Origin: Eledone cirrhosa
Lineage: Eukaryota
Reading direction: 5' to 3'
Length of the DNA stretch: 64,000 nt
NCBI GenBank assembly: GCA_964016885.1
Contig: OZ024741.1
Location: forward strand, 207,142,001-207,206,000
In this document: piece by piece, positions 1-14,599 of the stretch
Numbering within the stretch: position 1 is the stretch's first letter
Layout of the letters: each line of letters begins with the position of its first letter
Program-made: the position numbers and the translations under genes
Notes under the pieces: generated by a model
What the model was told of the DNA's origin: nothing
The model's input: the letters and a program-made list of their open reading frames with translations, nothing else
Databases searched by the model: none

Positions 1-103
1 CACATACACATTTATATATATATACACACAAATACATATATATATATATATACACATACACACACATACATATATATATACATATATATACACACATACA
101 TAC

Positions 104-138
<35 letters not shown>

Positions 139-236
139 TGCACATACATATACATACATATACACATACATATGTGTATGTGTGTATATGTATGTGTATG
201 TGTGTGTATATATATAGAGAGAGATAGAGAGAGGAA

Positions 237-447
237 CGATCGACTTTCGTCAAATCGGACCGAGGGAACAATGTTTCCGTTGGTCATTCCAATTGCTAAT
301 ACTATCTATCGGTCGCAACTCCAGGTAGAAGAAGCAACGTGAAATATAGTGTCTTGCTCAAGGACATAACGCATCACCTTGTCCAGGAATCGAACTCACT
401 ACCTTACGATTGCGAATACAATTCTCTAACCACTCAGCCACACGCCT
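237..447 (-). mobile_element. tRNA-derived SINE family A (CORE-like central domain)
   Basis: Minus strand reads GGCGTGTGGCTGAGTGG (A box)...GTTCGATTCC (B box)...TGTCCTTGAGCAAGACACT (resembles the start of the MIR/CORE domain); second copy at 21058-21268. Confidence 0.8.
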
Positions 448-464
448 TCACTATATATATATGT

Positions 465-1297
465 AGATAAATCTACCGAAAGATACTGTAGTGTTCAATT
501 TGTATGAAGAAGTCAATGTAATCCAAATATCATGAAAAGAAAAGATGTATTCAAAATTTTTTTTCGATGAAAATCACAGGAAAACAGAGTCAATTCCTTG
601 TAGTCTATATAATACATTTATCCCCAAAAATGTTTCTTTCGTTTTTAACAACATTCTTTAATAACATCTAACTCTTATTTATCACATCTATATGAATTAA
701 TATAAATGTATTTCTATAAGTATACCTATCAATTAAATTAATTTAATTTCTTGTTATAGATCTAAATTCCTTGTATTTTAAATAAGATTGGTATTTCTCA
801 CTAACACATTTACCCTAAAATTGTATTCTTCGATTTTAACACTAGCATTATTCTTTAATAACATCAAATTTTCGTGTACCTTTCACCGGCTTGACCTCTT
901 TTCATCCCCAAAGTAATCTTTTCATGCAAAGTATTATTTTCATTCAAAAACTTAAGTCTGCATTCCTCAACCCCTAAATTAAATTTCTACTACTACTATT
1001 CTATCAACTTGACCACTAACTACATTTCTATTGGTCAATTCAAAACATGTTCCCAAACAGACCTATTATATTAAATCTTTGTTGGTTTTTTAAAATAAAC
1101 AATTATCATTATTTCTGAAGACAGCATATATATGTGTAGGTATGTATATTTCCTCTGATAGTTTGTAAAATTGTTACATAGATCTATATGATATACATAC
1201 CAACACACACATATATATCCTAGAAACGATCGTAAAATGATGAATTTTTTAATATAAGGAACTGTTTCTTTGTTTTTATTCATTGGTTTTATTAATT
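465..1297 (+). mobile_element. PLE-type terminal repeat remnant with HHR and an inverted terminal piece
   Basis: 1140-1297 matches 23480-23650; the continuation of that copy (23650-23790) appears here inverted at about 465-592; contains HHR 1106-1243. Confidence 0.55.
1106..1243 (+). ncRNA. type I hammerhead ribozyme with long microsatellite-like helix II
   Basis: TCATTATTT-CTGAAGA-[ATATATATGTGT..GGTATGTATAT / ATATACATACC..ACATATATAT]-GAAA-CGATCG-TA-AAATGATGA; 9-bp helix I, palindromic helix III, GUA cleavage site. Confidence 0.8.
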
Positions 1298-1355
1298 TAT
1301 ATATATATATATATGTATGTATGAGTGTATATATATATGTATATATATATATGTA

Positions 1356-1396
<41 letters not shown>

Positions 1397-1405
1397 ATGT
1401 ATGTG

Positions 1406-1441
<36 letters not shown>

Positions 1442-1551
1442 CGTATATGTGTGTGTGTATGTGTATGTGTATGTATATGTATGTGTGTATGTATGTATGT
1501 GTGTGTGTATATATATGTATATATATATATATGTGTATGTATATGTGTATG

Positions 1552-1610
<59 letters not shown>

Positions 1611-2068
1611 GTGTGTGTGTATGTGTATATATATATATATATGTATATGTGTATATGTATGTATATGTATGTGTGTGTGTGTATGTGTGTATGTGTGTGT
1701 GAACATATATGTATGTGTTTGTGTATGTGTATATATATATATGTATATATATATATATGTGTGTGTGTGTATATGTATGTATATATATATAGAATAGAAT
1801 GAAACGAAATTTTATTTCTCATTCTTATCACGGCACTTACTTAAATGTAATTATGTATGTATGTATACGTACATACATATATGTATACAGACGTACAGTA
1901 GTATGTATATATATACATACATTCACACATATATATATGCACGTATCGGTTTACCGAACATTTATTATAATGCTCGGTTTGTTTGTTTGTAAACAAACAA
2001 AAAGCCTGAATTACGTCGTACATTGTTTAGGCAAGCACGTCACCTTTTTGTTCAACACTGACACAGGA

Positions 2069-2111
2069 ACGATGTACTAGTTTCAAGCTTATTAGCTATC
2101 GTCATCATCGT
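2069..2111 (-). ncRNA. hammerhead ribozyme, family A, mutated core
   Basis: Same fold as 2513-2555 but the core reads ATGACGA (C3 lost). Confidence 0.7.
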
Positions 2112-2512
2112 ATACCTTCCTGCCAGATGGTTGAACGTCTGAAAGTAGATACTTTCCTTATGCATATTAACGGCTGAGCAGCCTAATTTGCATATCGAGT
2201 GAGTTTAGTCGGCCGCGCACACCGAAAACGATAAATGGAATAGAATGAAACGAAATTTCATTTCTCACTCTTAGTACCTCACTTACTTAAATGTAAGTAT
2301 GTATGTATACGTCCATACATATATGTATACAGACGTACAGTAGTATGTATATATATACATACATTCACACATATATATATATGAACGTATCGGTTTACCG
2401 AACATTTATTATAATGCTCGGTTTGTTTGTTTGTAAACAAACAAACAGCCCGAATTACGCCGTACATTGTTTAGGCAACCTCGTCACCTTTTTGTTCAAC
2501 ACTGACACAGGA

Positions 2513-2555
2513 ACGATGTACTAGTTTCAAGCTTATTAGCTATCGTCAGCATCGT
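2513..2555 (-). ncRNA. minimal type I hammerhead ribozyme, family A
   Basis: ACGATG-CTGACGA-TAGCT-AATA-AGCTT-GAAA-CTAG-TA-CATCGT. Confidence 0.9.
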
Positions 2556-2729
2556 ATACCTTCCCGCCAGATGATTGAACGTCTGAAAGTATATACTTTC
2601 CTTATGCATATTAACGGCTGAGCAGCCTAATTTGCATATCGAGTGAGTTAATCGGCCGGGCTGCTCAGCCGTTAATATGCATAAGGAAAGTATATACTTT
2701 CAGACTTCAATCATCTGGCAGGAAGGTAT

Positions 2730-2772
2730 ACGTTGCTGACGATAGTTAATAAGCTTGAAACTAGTACAGCGT
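2730..2772 (+). ncRNA. minimal type I hammerhead ribozyme, family A
   Basis: ACGTTG-CTGACGA-TAGTT-AATA-AGCTT-GAAA-CTAG-TA-CAGCGT; helix I still pairs despite two substitutions. Confidence 0.88.
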
Positions 2773-2975
2773 TCCTTTGTCAGTGTTGAACAAATGAGCA
2801 ACGATGTTTGCTAGACACTGTACGGCTTAATACGGGATGTTTGTTTACAACCACACCGAGCATTATAATAAATGTTCGGTGAATCCATACGTACATATAT
2901 GTATATGTGCATGTATGTATATATATATACATACTACTGTACGTCTGTATACATATATGTATGTACGTATACATA

Positions 2976-3081
<106 letters not shown>

Positions 3082-3083
3082 AT

Positions 3084-3980
3084 AGTTATGTAATAAACAA
3101 CATAAGACAATTATTTCATTTACCAGTGGTTTCTTAAAAGCAAAAAAGTTTTGCTTTCAATCATCAGAATGAAAAAATTCTGGCGTATTTATTGACGTTG
3201 GATTTTAAAAACAAGAATACAATCTAAATGAAAGTGAGGCTGGAAAAGGAATGAGGAAAGGAAAAATAAAATAAAAACACACATGCAAACACACACACAC
3301 AATTATATACATACACAGACATATATATATATATATATACACACACACATACATACACACACATAAACACACACACATATATATATGTGTATATATATAC
3401 ATACACATACATATACACATACATACATACACACAATCATACGTATATACACACGTACATACATACACATACATACACACATATATACATGCATACATAC
3501 GCATTCACAAAAATAGAAATATATACACACACCTCTACATACTCACACACACAAATAAATATAAAAAAAATATATATAATAATAAAAAAACATAAAAAAG
3601 AAAATAAAGACTATTAAAATGTTGACAGCGATACAGGCAACAAATAAATGAACAAACACACGTGGTAAACAATACACACAAATGCACGTACACATACATA
3701 CGTAAAAATAAATACATACTCACACTGTCACACATAACTAACTATACATATACAAATACATAAACACATACATACGAATACACAAATACATACACACACA
3801 CACATACATATATACACACACACATATATATATATATATACACACATATATAGCCATACAATTATACACATACATATACATACATATCACAAACACGTAC
3901 ATACAAATACAAACACACATATATATATATGTGTGTAAAACTCATTCTAAGATAATTCATAAGAACCTTATTTAACTCTA

Positions 3981-4017
<37 letters not shown>

Positions 4018-4098
4018 TACACATACATACACATACATACTCACATACACATATATACCTACACACACATATATACATACACATACGTAAGTATACGT

Positions 4099-4139
<41 letters not shown>

Positions 4140-4148
4140 TATATAACT

Positions 4149-4188
<40 letters not shown>

Positions 4189-4200
4189 AAAAACATAATT
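3084..4200 (-). mobile_element. non-coding microsatellite-rich dispersed element ending in an HHR
   Basis: Near-identical inverted copy at about 12200-13400; 3' part again at 39830-40135; related text at 34650-35140. Confidence 0.75.
3115..3173 (-). ncRNA. type I hammerhead ribozyme
   Basis: TTCATT-CTGATGA-TTGAAAGCAAAA-CTT-TTTTGCTTTTAA-GAAA-CCACTGG-TA-AATGAA. Confidence 0.92.
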
Positions 4201-4674
4201 ATTATATATATCTATCTATCTATCTATATATTACTAAAACTCAGATCTAGCTGTCGTCTGTTCGATAGCGTAGACGTAATTCACTTCGCGCAGAAGTTTT
4301 GTTCCAATTTATTGCGGAAATTTTGTAAATTTAATTTTAATTTTGATACTATTGTGTAGCTTAACCCCCCGTCTGAACTGTCAGGCGGTGGGTCAGCTCA
4401 TTTTCGCCCCTCCCAGGGGTGAAAAACCTGTTTTTAAAAATGTTGTTGCATAAGATTTCAATCGTCTGGGAGAAATGTTAAACGAAGCTAACGAAAATAG
4501 TGGTGGGGGACAGCGGTAAGAGTTGTAAGCTCGCACGCTTTAGTCCCCACCACTTCCTTCCCAACTAACGTCATAGAGAAGGAAAGAAAAAATAAAATAA
4601 AAACAGACGAATGTGCGGAGAAAAATGTCGACGAGGACACAGGTCTGGAGATTGATTCCAACAACAAAAAAAAT

Positions 4675-6380
4675 ATGAAAGAATTGCATGACAATATTAA
4701 TACCACAAACAAAGAAACAACAAACACAAAAATAACATTTGAAAACAGCAACATCATAACAGAAAGCAAAACAGACGATAAAGTCAATACCAATAACATC
4801 TCATTTGCACAAACAACAACAAAATCTTTAACATACATACCTGAAAATATTTCAGATGTGGCACAAAGAATAAAAAACGCCAAACAATTCATAACTCAAG
4901 GGGGAAATGGAGCCTTGTCAGTAAAAATGCCCCAAGAACTCACCAAAGATAGTGAAAGTCGGACGGTCGTTTTCCGCACCATCTCAAGAAAACCACAACA
5001 ACCAACACAAGCAGAAACTAAAGCGGTACTTAGAGAAGTACTTAATGAAGCCACTTTCATAAGAAGAGACAGGCTGTATGGAAGCCTAGTCATTATTATG
5101 AAGAACGAATCAACGGCAAAAAAATATGCTTTGTCGCCGATTCGTTCGACAAATTTTACCTTTTATCCATCTTATATGGGTAAAAGAACTCAGCGCATAT
5201 AACTGGATGGTGAAGATGCCAGATATGGACTACTGCTGGCTCATAGCTGGCTTCATCGATCCAGCGAATGACAACGTGATTTCCATTGGGAAAACCACTG
5301 GCAATGCGTTCAGTGGAACAGGTATAGAACTTGTAGTGCAAATGAAGCCTGAACGCATTGCCCAAATACCCGACAGAATCCTATTAGAGGGCCACGGGTA
5401 TATAAAGATTAGCGTGGAGTGGAGAAGGCCGTCCTATCATATCTGTGCAGGCAGAGGGCACCTGAAGGCGGCTTGTCCCCAACTCAACAAGAAGAAAACC
5501 CTGCTACCAACACCAGCTCCACCACCACCACAACAGATAAACAAACAACAAAACTCAGTCCTACCCAACCCGTCCCTCAGTAAAACTACACCACCACCAC
5601 AGCACAAACAGACACAACACATTATCCAAAAACAAAACACAGTCCCACCCAACCCCACACTCAATAAAACAACACAACCACCGCAGCCACAACACACAAC
5701 ACAGTCTAACATCCATCTCCCCCACAAAGAAAACTAACACGGAAACATTACCAGCAAACCTCCCTCTTCCCTCCAACACTGAAGATAACCCAACGAATTC
5801 GGAGGAAGAAACGGAGTCCTTCAGACAGATTAAAAGGAAAAAAAGAAAACATGTGCAAAACACACAAGGCCAAACAGCCACTACCCAAATGTCAACACAA
5901 TCCAACAAAACAAAACAAAATCTGCCCCCCCCCCCTCTTCGAAACACTCACACCATCCGAAAAAAAGACATTACACTATACTTACATCAACAGAAACAAT
6001 AATAAATTAAATGAACTCATAAACAATAACCCTTCGGTACAAACCGAAGGGGTAAACTTTGTTTCTTCAGAAAACTACCCACATTTAAAATTAATAAAGA
6101 TCCCAATGAACCTCTATCAAAAACTAAAAAAGGATTTTAAGGAGGACGTAGGACCACCCTCTGTCAAACCCATAAACCGCGTCCTCCTAAAAAGCTTTCC
6201 CCCTCCCCTTCCCCTCCCCAACACAACTCCAAACACCCCAACCTCACCACACACTGATGACCCCACACCACCACAAGACAGCCCTTCACCCAACAACCCC
6301 GACCCCATGGAAGTTGTGCGACCCGAACCCCGGGAAGCAGAAAGGCATGTCTCTACACTCTCCTTTTGCTTTGCCGCCCA
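4675..6380 (+). pseudogene. LINE ORF1 (gag-like), frameshifted
   Basis: Overlapping ORFs 4675-5202, 5126-5737 and 5851 onward; degenerate zinc knuckle YHICAGRGHLKAAC; Pro/Gln-rich linker; lies upstream of ORF2. Confidence 0.7.
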
Positions 6381-6381
6381 C

Positions 6382-9300
6382 ATGGATGTGTTAAGAGTAG
6401 GATGTTTGAATGCACGTGGCCTGGGCTCAACTTGGAAGCAAACAAAGCTTCTAAATGACCTCAGGTCACGTGGTATAAATGTAATGGTTATCTGTGAGAC
6501 TCGGATCAGCGTCGTACGGCAGCTGGCCCCTACCTTCGATGACTTTGAGGTGCACGCATCTCTCTGTCAACCTGGAAGTGGGGTGGGGTTGTCGTACTGC
6601 TGGAAAAACACCTGGGTCTCGCCGTACAGGTTGTTCACTCGGACCCGGAAGGTCGTTTGTTGGTGCTAGACGTTGGCAGTAGTGGAGGTGCGGCCTTGAG
6701 ACTGGTCGCCGTCTACTCCCCTTTCGGAGCTGAACGACCCGACTTCTTCCAGCGTCTGGAGACTTTTCTGGGAACGTCGCGTTCCCTGCTTCTAGCGGGG
6801 GACTGGAATGACATCCTAGATGCACGTTGGGACTATGCAGGAGCATGTCCTAATAGAGGGGGGTGTAACAGCCTCAAGGGGTTACTCGACCGTTTTAACT
6901 TGGTCGATAGATATCGACTAGAATGTCCAACTGTGCCAACCTGGACTTGGACGAACTACAGTGGTCAATCTAGATCGTACTTAGATAGATTCTTAGTTAG
7001 AAGTAAGGATAGGGACATATTAAGCTGTCCAGAAATGCTCACGGTTGGGAAAACAGATCACAAATTAGTGACCTGCGGAGTCAACCTTGAGAGAACACAT
7101 AGACAGGGTCCCGGTTACTGGAAACTTAATTTGTCTTTACTGGCAAAAGAGGCTTACAGAGACCGAATTAGCAGATTAGTTAAGGAGAGGTTAACGGGTG
7201 CAATCGTCAACAACCGATGGTGGGCATCTCTCATAAGAGAGATTAGAACAGAATCAATAAGTTATAGCAAGATGTTAGCTGCCGATAGGAATAGGAGCGA
7301 GAAAGAATTAACAGGTAAATTAGAAGAGGCAATCAAGAGCGAAGATGTGGCCAGAGTGCTGGCATCGAGGACGGCCTTGAGCCAGTTTTTCGATGCAAAG
7401 CACGAAGGCTGCGTCATTCGAAGTAAAATACGTGCTCTAGGTAATGAGGGTGCCAAAGCCGTTGGCTGGGCCCGCGTGACAGAAGCTAAGCGTAGAAATC
7501 GATCCACCATCCGGTCTTTGCAAGACGAGGATGGACAGGTGATCCGGGAGCCTAAGCAGATGTGCGAGGCCTTTCAAAGGCACTTTGCCCTATTGTTCAG
7601 GGGAGGCGGGGGCCCGGGCAGGGACGTGGATTTCGGTCCATACCTCGACGGCCTGCCGCGTCTCTCGAGCGAAGAGGCAGAGTCCTGCGAGGGACCAATC
7701 TCGGCTGATGAGATCGGGGATGCTCTGAGCCTATGCAGCAGACGCAAATCTCCAGGTCTCGATTGATCTTTCGAACTTTATTTGGCAATGCCGGTCTTCT
7801 TCTCCGAACTCCTCGAAGCAGTCTACTGCAATTGGCAGCAGAACGGGAGAATTCCTTGTTCTGTAGCCAAGGGCGTAGTCTCGCTGGTGAGGAAGGACGA
7901 AAACAAGGGGGATAGTATAAATCATTTTCGGCCCATAACGCTGCTAAACACAGAGTTAAAGATTTTGGCCAAGGTATTAGCAAAGAGGTTGGCGCTTGTC
8001 GTGGGTAGCCTGGTGGGAGATGCGCAGACATGTGCTATTCCATCCAGGTCCATTCACGACAACCTCCACCTCATGCGATACATCATAGAGAAGGTTGGCA
8101 ACAAACCCGGCTTCGGTGGGGCCCTGATCAACTTGGATCAGTCTAAGGCGTTCGATAGGGTCGACCATGGTTACCTGGATGCGGTGCTAGCGATGGCTGG
8201 GTTCGGTCCTGTTTCAGAGGCTGGATCACTGCCTTACATAGCAACCACATCTGTTATAGGATCAAGGTGAACGGCTACCTTTCGAAGCCGTTCTAAATCA
8301 CACGATCCATTCGACAGGGGTGCCCTCTCTCCTCCCTTCTGTACGTATTGACTCTCGAGCCTTTACTGAGGAAGTTGGAGTTGTTGCAGGGTATCCCCCT
8401 GGAACCAGGATTGAGCAAAGCGGTGTCGGCCTACGCCGATGACGTAACAGTAATGGTATCGACCGACTCGGAGATCGAGGCGATCGGTACCTTACTGGAG
8501 GAATACGAAAGGTTGTCAGGAGCGAAACTGAATCGGGAAAATTCCATCGGGCTGCAACTCGGAACGTGGAGAGGCAGACCGATGCCTCCCTACGTTGTCG
8601 TCGGACACTGGACGGAGGGCCCGGTGAAGTTGCTTGGGGTCTGGTTTGGACCGGACCTCCAGGTGGAAAAGAACTGGGGCGAGGTTACGAGCAAGGTGTT
8701 TGCACTGACCCAGAAATGGGCCAAGTGTAAGCTGTCCCTGAAAGGTCGGGCGGAGGTGGCGAACATTTACATAGCGTCCGTCACCTACTACCGTCTGACT
8801 GTTGTTCCTTGCCCTAAGGAAACACTCACCACCATGGAACGCATGCTCTTTCAATTTCTTTGGAAAAAGCGCCCTCCTATGGTGAGAATATCCATCTGCT
8901 GCCAACAACCTTCGAAAAGTGGGCTGTGGATGCCGTGGTTGATAATGCGTAGGCACGCATTAAGGCTACGGCACCTACAGGTATTCCTCACTGGTCAACC
9001 GGTGTGGGCTCCGTTCGTGAGACGAGCCTTTCCGAGACTCGTCTCGCTCACCGAGCTGCAGTCCTGGGTCAAGCAAAGATCTGGAAAACTGGGAGACTGG
9101 CACACTGAGTGTGCCCAGGCGCTCAGGGCGCTCTGGCAAGCGGACCCGGCCATCGGTGGAGAATCCACCTCGTCATTTAATAGAGGGCTGGTGGCTACCA
9201 GGGGCGATGACACCCTTGGAGAGCCGGTGGACATGGAAAAGGACGAACTGGCCAGCCTGTTCGGTAGGACTTTCGGCCCGGGACCAATGGACAACTTCCA

Positions 9301-9763
9301 GAAGTCACTGGCCTGGCAGTGCTACCGGGGGGCTCTATCCGTTCGAGGAAAGCTCTACAGACACGGGCGCCCGGGCAGGGATCCCTCGAAAAAGATTTGC
9401 CCTAGATGCGTGCGTCACGAAGAAACCGTTGCGCACGTATTGGTGCAATGTCCGGGCGTGGCTGATCTGTGGGGCTACGCCGAACGACTGCTGTCGCGGG
9501 TGGCGCCGATTCGATTGACCGCCGAGTCCGTGATGACAATCAAGCCGCCTCCCCTCTTCACAAAGGAAGCAAAGGCGGTTTTTCTGTGCATAATAGCCAT
9601 GTTGAAAGAGGTTGTTTGGTGGACACGATTGAAAGGTCTGAGGTCAGGCAACTTCCTCTCTGGCCATAGTCTGGTCTACTTCTTCCCATATCACTTCGGA
9701 AGAAGGATAAGAATGGAGAGAGAGAGGTGCTTGGCCACAGGCAGTTTTATGAAAGGTGGGTGA
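6382..9763 (+). pseudogene. LINE ORF2: AP endonuclease, reverse transcriptase, C-terminal CCHC
   Basis: CLNARGL, GDWN, SYLDRF, TDHK, GPGYWKLN, SPGLD, RPITLLNTELKIL, LDQSKAFDRVDH, RQGCPLS, AYADDV, CPRC..ETVAHVLVQC; several frameshifts and stops. Confidence 0.93.
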
Positions 9764-10142
9764 TAGTGGCGAAAATGGCTCGTGTAAATGGGCCTTCTCT
9801 GTATACCATCCTGTAGGTAAAGAAGTGAAGGAGAGGGGAGCACCTTCTCCATGTGCTCCCCGGGCAAAGGATTGCACACTTTTTCGGAGGTGTGTGCAAC
9901 CCCCATCACGTCCCCTCCCTTTTGAGGTTGTTTTTGATTATTTTCATTTTATACCCTTTTTACTCGGTTTTATGTAAACTCCCCCTTTGTATTTGTCCCT
10001 TCTTGTTATGCCTTTATGGTAAATAAAGAAATATATATATTACTAAAACTCTGATCTTGGTTGCTGGCTTGCTTGCTTGCTTGCTTCCTTGCTTGCTTGC
10101 ACACACTTTCTCTCTATATATATGTTCATATTTGTGTATATA

Positions 10143-10343
10143 CAGGTTGTCCCCCAAAAAATGTAAACCCACTTTGATTGCCTATACATGCATTATTTGT
10201 TAGGATGGTGTATACATTTTTAGGGACCCCGGTATTATTATATATATATATATATAGTGTGTCCCCGAAAAATGTATACACACTTTGATTGCCTGTACAG
10301 GCAATATATATATTAGAATGGTGTATACATTTTTAGGGACCCC

Positions 10344-10402
<59 letters not shown>

Positions 10403-10545
10403 TGTCCCCGAAAAATATATACACACTTTGATTACCTGTACAGGCAATATATATATTAGAATGGTGTATACATTTTTAGGGACACCGGTATATATATATA
10501 TATGATGTCCCGGAAAAATGTATACACGCTTTGATTACCTGTACT
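10143..10545. mobile_element. array of 3.5 tiny (~90-bp) Tc1/mariner-type MITEs separated by (TA)n
   Basis: Units GTGTCCCCGAAAAATGTATACAC...GTGTATACATTTTTAGGGAC(C/A)CCGG have terminal inverted repeats and TA flanks. Confidence 0.65.
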
Positions 10546-10584
10546 AGACTACTCGTGACCCAACGTGTCACGAGTAGTCTAGTA

Positions 10585-12190
<1,606 letters not shown>

Positions 12191-12199
12191 TATATATAA

Positions 12200-12359
12200 T
12201 AATTATGTTCTTTCTCATATATATATATATATATATATTGAGTTATATATGTATATGTGTGTGTGTGTATGTACGTATGCTTACGTATGTGTATGTATAT
12301 ATGTGTGTGTAGGTATATATGTGTATGTGAGTATGTATGTGCGTATGTATTTGTATTTG

Positions 12360-12399
<40 letters not shown>

Positions 12400-12533
12400 A
12401 GAGTTAAATAAGGTTCTTATGAATTATCTTAGAATGAGTTTTACACACATATATATAAGTGCGTGTTTGTATTTGTATGTACGTGTTTGTGATATGTATG
12501 TGTATGTATGTGTATAATTGTATGGCTATGTAT

Positions 12534-12585
<52 letters not shown>

Positions 12586-13197
12586 GTGTGTGTGTGTATG
12601 TGTATATATGTATGTCTCTGTGTGTATGTATTTGTGTATGCGTTTGTATGTGTTTATGTATTTGTATATGTATAGTTATGTGTGAGAGTGTGTGTATGTA
12701 TTTATTTTTACGTATGTATGTGTACGTGCATTTGTGTGTATTGCTTACCACGTGTGTTTGTTCATTTATTTGTTGCCGGTATCGCTGTCAACATTATAAT
12801 AGTCTTTCTTTTTTATGTTTTTTATTATTATATATAATTTTTCATATATTTATTTGTGTGTGTGAGTATGTAGAGGTGTGTGTATACATTTCTATTTTTG
12901 TGCATGCGTATGTATGCATGTATATATGTGTGTATGTATGTGTATGTATGTACGTGTGTATATACGTATGATTGTGTGTATGTATGTATGTATGTATATA
13001 TGTATGTATGTATATGTATGTGTGTATGGCTATGTATATGTATATATATATATGTGTGTGGTTGTATATATGTATGTGTATGTATGGATATGTTGATATT
13101 TATGTGTGTATGTATGTATGTGTATATGTATGTGTATGTATATATATACACATATATATGTATGTGTGTGTATATGTGTGTGTGTATGTATGTGTGC

Positions 13198-13249
<52 letters not shown>

Positions 13250-13400
13250 ATGTATATAATTGTGTGTGTGTGTGTTTGCATGTGTGTTTTTATTTTATTT
13301 TTCCTTTCTTTCTTCCTTTTCCAGCCTCACTTTCATATAGATTGCATTTTTGTTTTTAAAATCCAACGTCAATAAATACGCCAGGATTTTTTCATTCTGA
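12200..13400 (+). mobile_element. second copy of the microsatellite-rich element, truncated inside its HHR core
   Basis: Reverse complement of 3165-4200; ends at TTCATTCTGA. Confidence 0.75.
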
Positions 13401-13563
13401 ACTTGTTTATAGAATTCTTTCTGCCGTTGTTACTCTAAATATAAACTATAGCTTTAAAGAATTAGCTTTTAATGAATTCCCTTTTCTATCAACCCATCCC
13501 ACTCCCCACCCTCTCCTACCGCCTGAAGAGACCTATAAATACCATATTTATTTTTTGATACCC

Positions 13564-13614
13564 AGATTTCTGATGATTTCTAAAGAATGAAACAGTTCTA
13601 GTGCTGTAGAATCT
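13564..13614 (+). ncRNA. type I hammerhead ribozyme
   Basis: AGATTT-CTGATGA-TTTC-TAAA-GAAT-GAAA-CAG-TTCTAGTG-CTG-TA-GAATCT. Confidence 0.8.
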
Positions 13615-13626
13615 CATCTATATTAG

Positions 13627-13791
<165 letters not shown>

Positions 13792-14092
13792 CAAATATAT
13801 ATATATATATCAAAGATATATATATATATCAAAGATATATATTGAGTTAGAAATTCAAAATATAGTCTCTCACAATAAAATAGCTCTAGGAAAGAGATAT
13901 TTCCGGGCCGTATAATATGACTGAATATAAAGGAAAGACAAACGCAGACATATACATATATGTGTTCAAATCGTAAGGGACCAGATTCGCTAAGGTGAAA
14001 AGAATACTAACTATAGACAATAGGGTTTGCCAGACTCAATTCAAGAATAAATCAAGAAAATAACTACAAACCGGAATTGTGGTAACTACCAA

Positions 14093-14172
14093 TCACCCGG
14101 ACAGCTTTGATAATGGTGTTTCGCAAAATTAGTTGTGAAGAGGAACACCACTTCTTGCTCATCAGTGGGTGA
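14093..14172 (-). ncRNA. type I hammerhead ribozyme
   Basis: TCACCCA-CTGATGA-GCAAG..TTTGC-GAAA-CA..TG-TC-CGGGTGA; GUC site. Confidence 0.75.
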
Positions 14173-14412
14173 AGAATTAGTATCCTGGACACTTCTAAGT
14201 ATATTAAAAAACTGAATAGTGTGCGTATATATAATAACGCACATGGTATCTGAACTTAACGTGTCACACAAACTCACACCACTAAAAATAGCAGCCAGGT
14301 TTGTATTTATTTTTTTGATTTATTCTTAGAATAGCAGAGAGAGATAGGCCGTTAGACAGAGAGAGATACAATTAAAGTGTTAGATATTCAGATAGAGGGA
14401 GAGAGAGAGAGG

Positions 14413-14496
<84 letters not shown>

Positions 14497-14599
14497 GAGA
14501 CAGAGAGACAGAGAGGGACCAGCAAAATTTAGTTAGCTTTCAGTAACGTGTTATATATCTTTAATCTGTTGTCGCTCGCATAACACACACACATACACG

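Larger units (their letters stand above)
4249..10033 (+). mobile_element. full-length decayed Tx1/L1-clade LINE
   Basis: ORF1 plus ORF2 (APE-RT-CCHC), AATAAA at the 3' end, flanked by 24-bp TSD TATATATTACTAAAACTC(A/T)GATCT at 4225-4248 and 10034-10057. Confidence 0.9.

Noticed and set aside
10143-10545. Repeat-spacer pattern suggestive of a CRISPR array
   Set aside because: Spacers are (TA)n, units are TIR-bounded, the context is eukaryotic and there are no cas genes.
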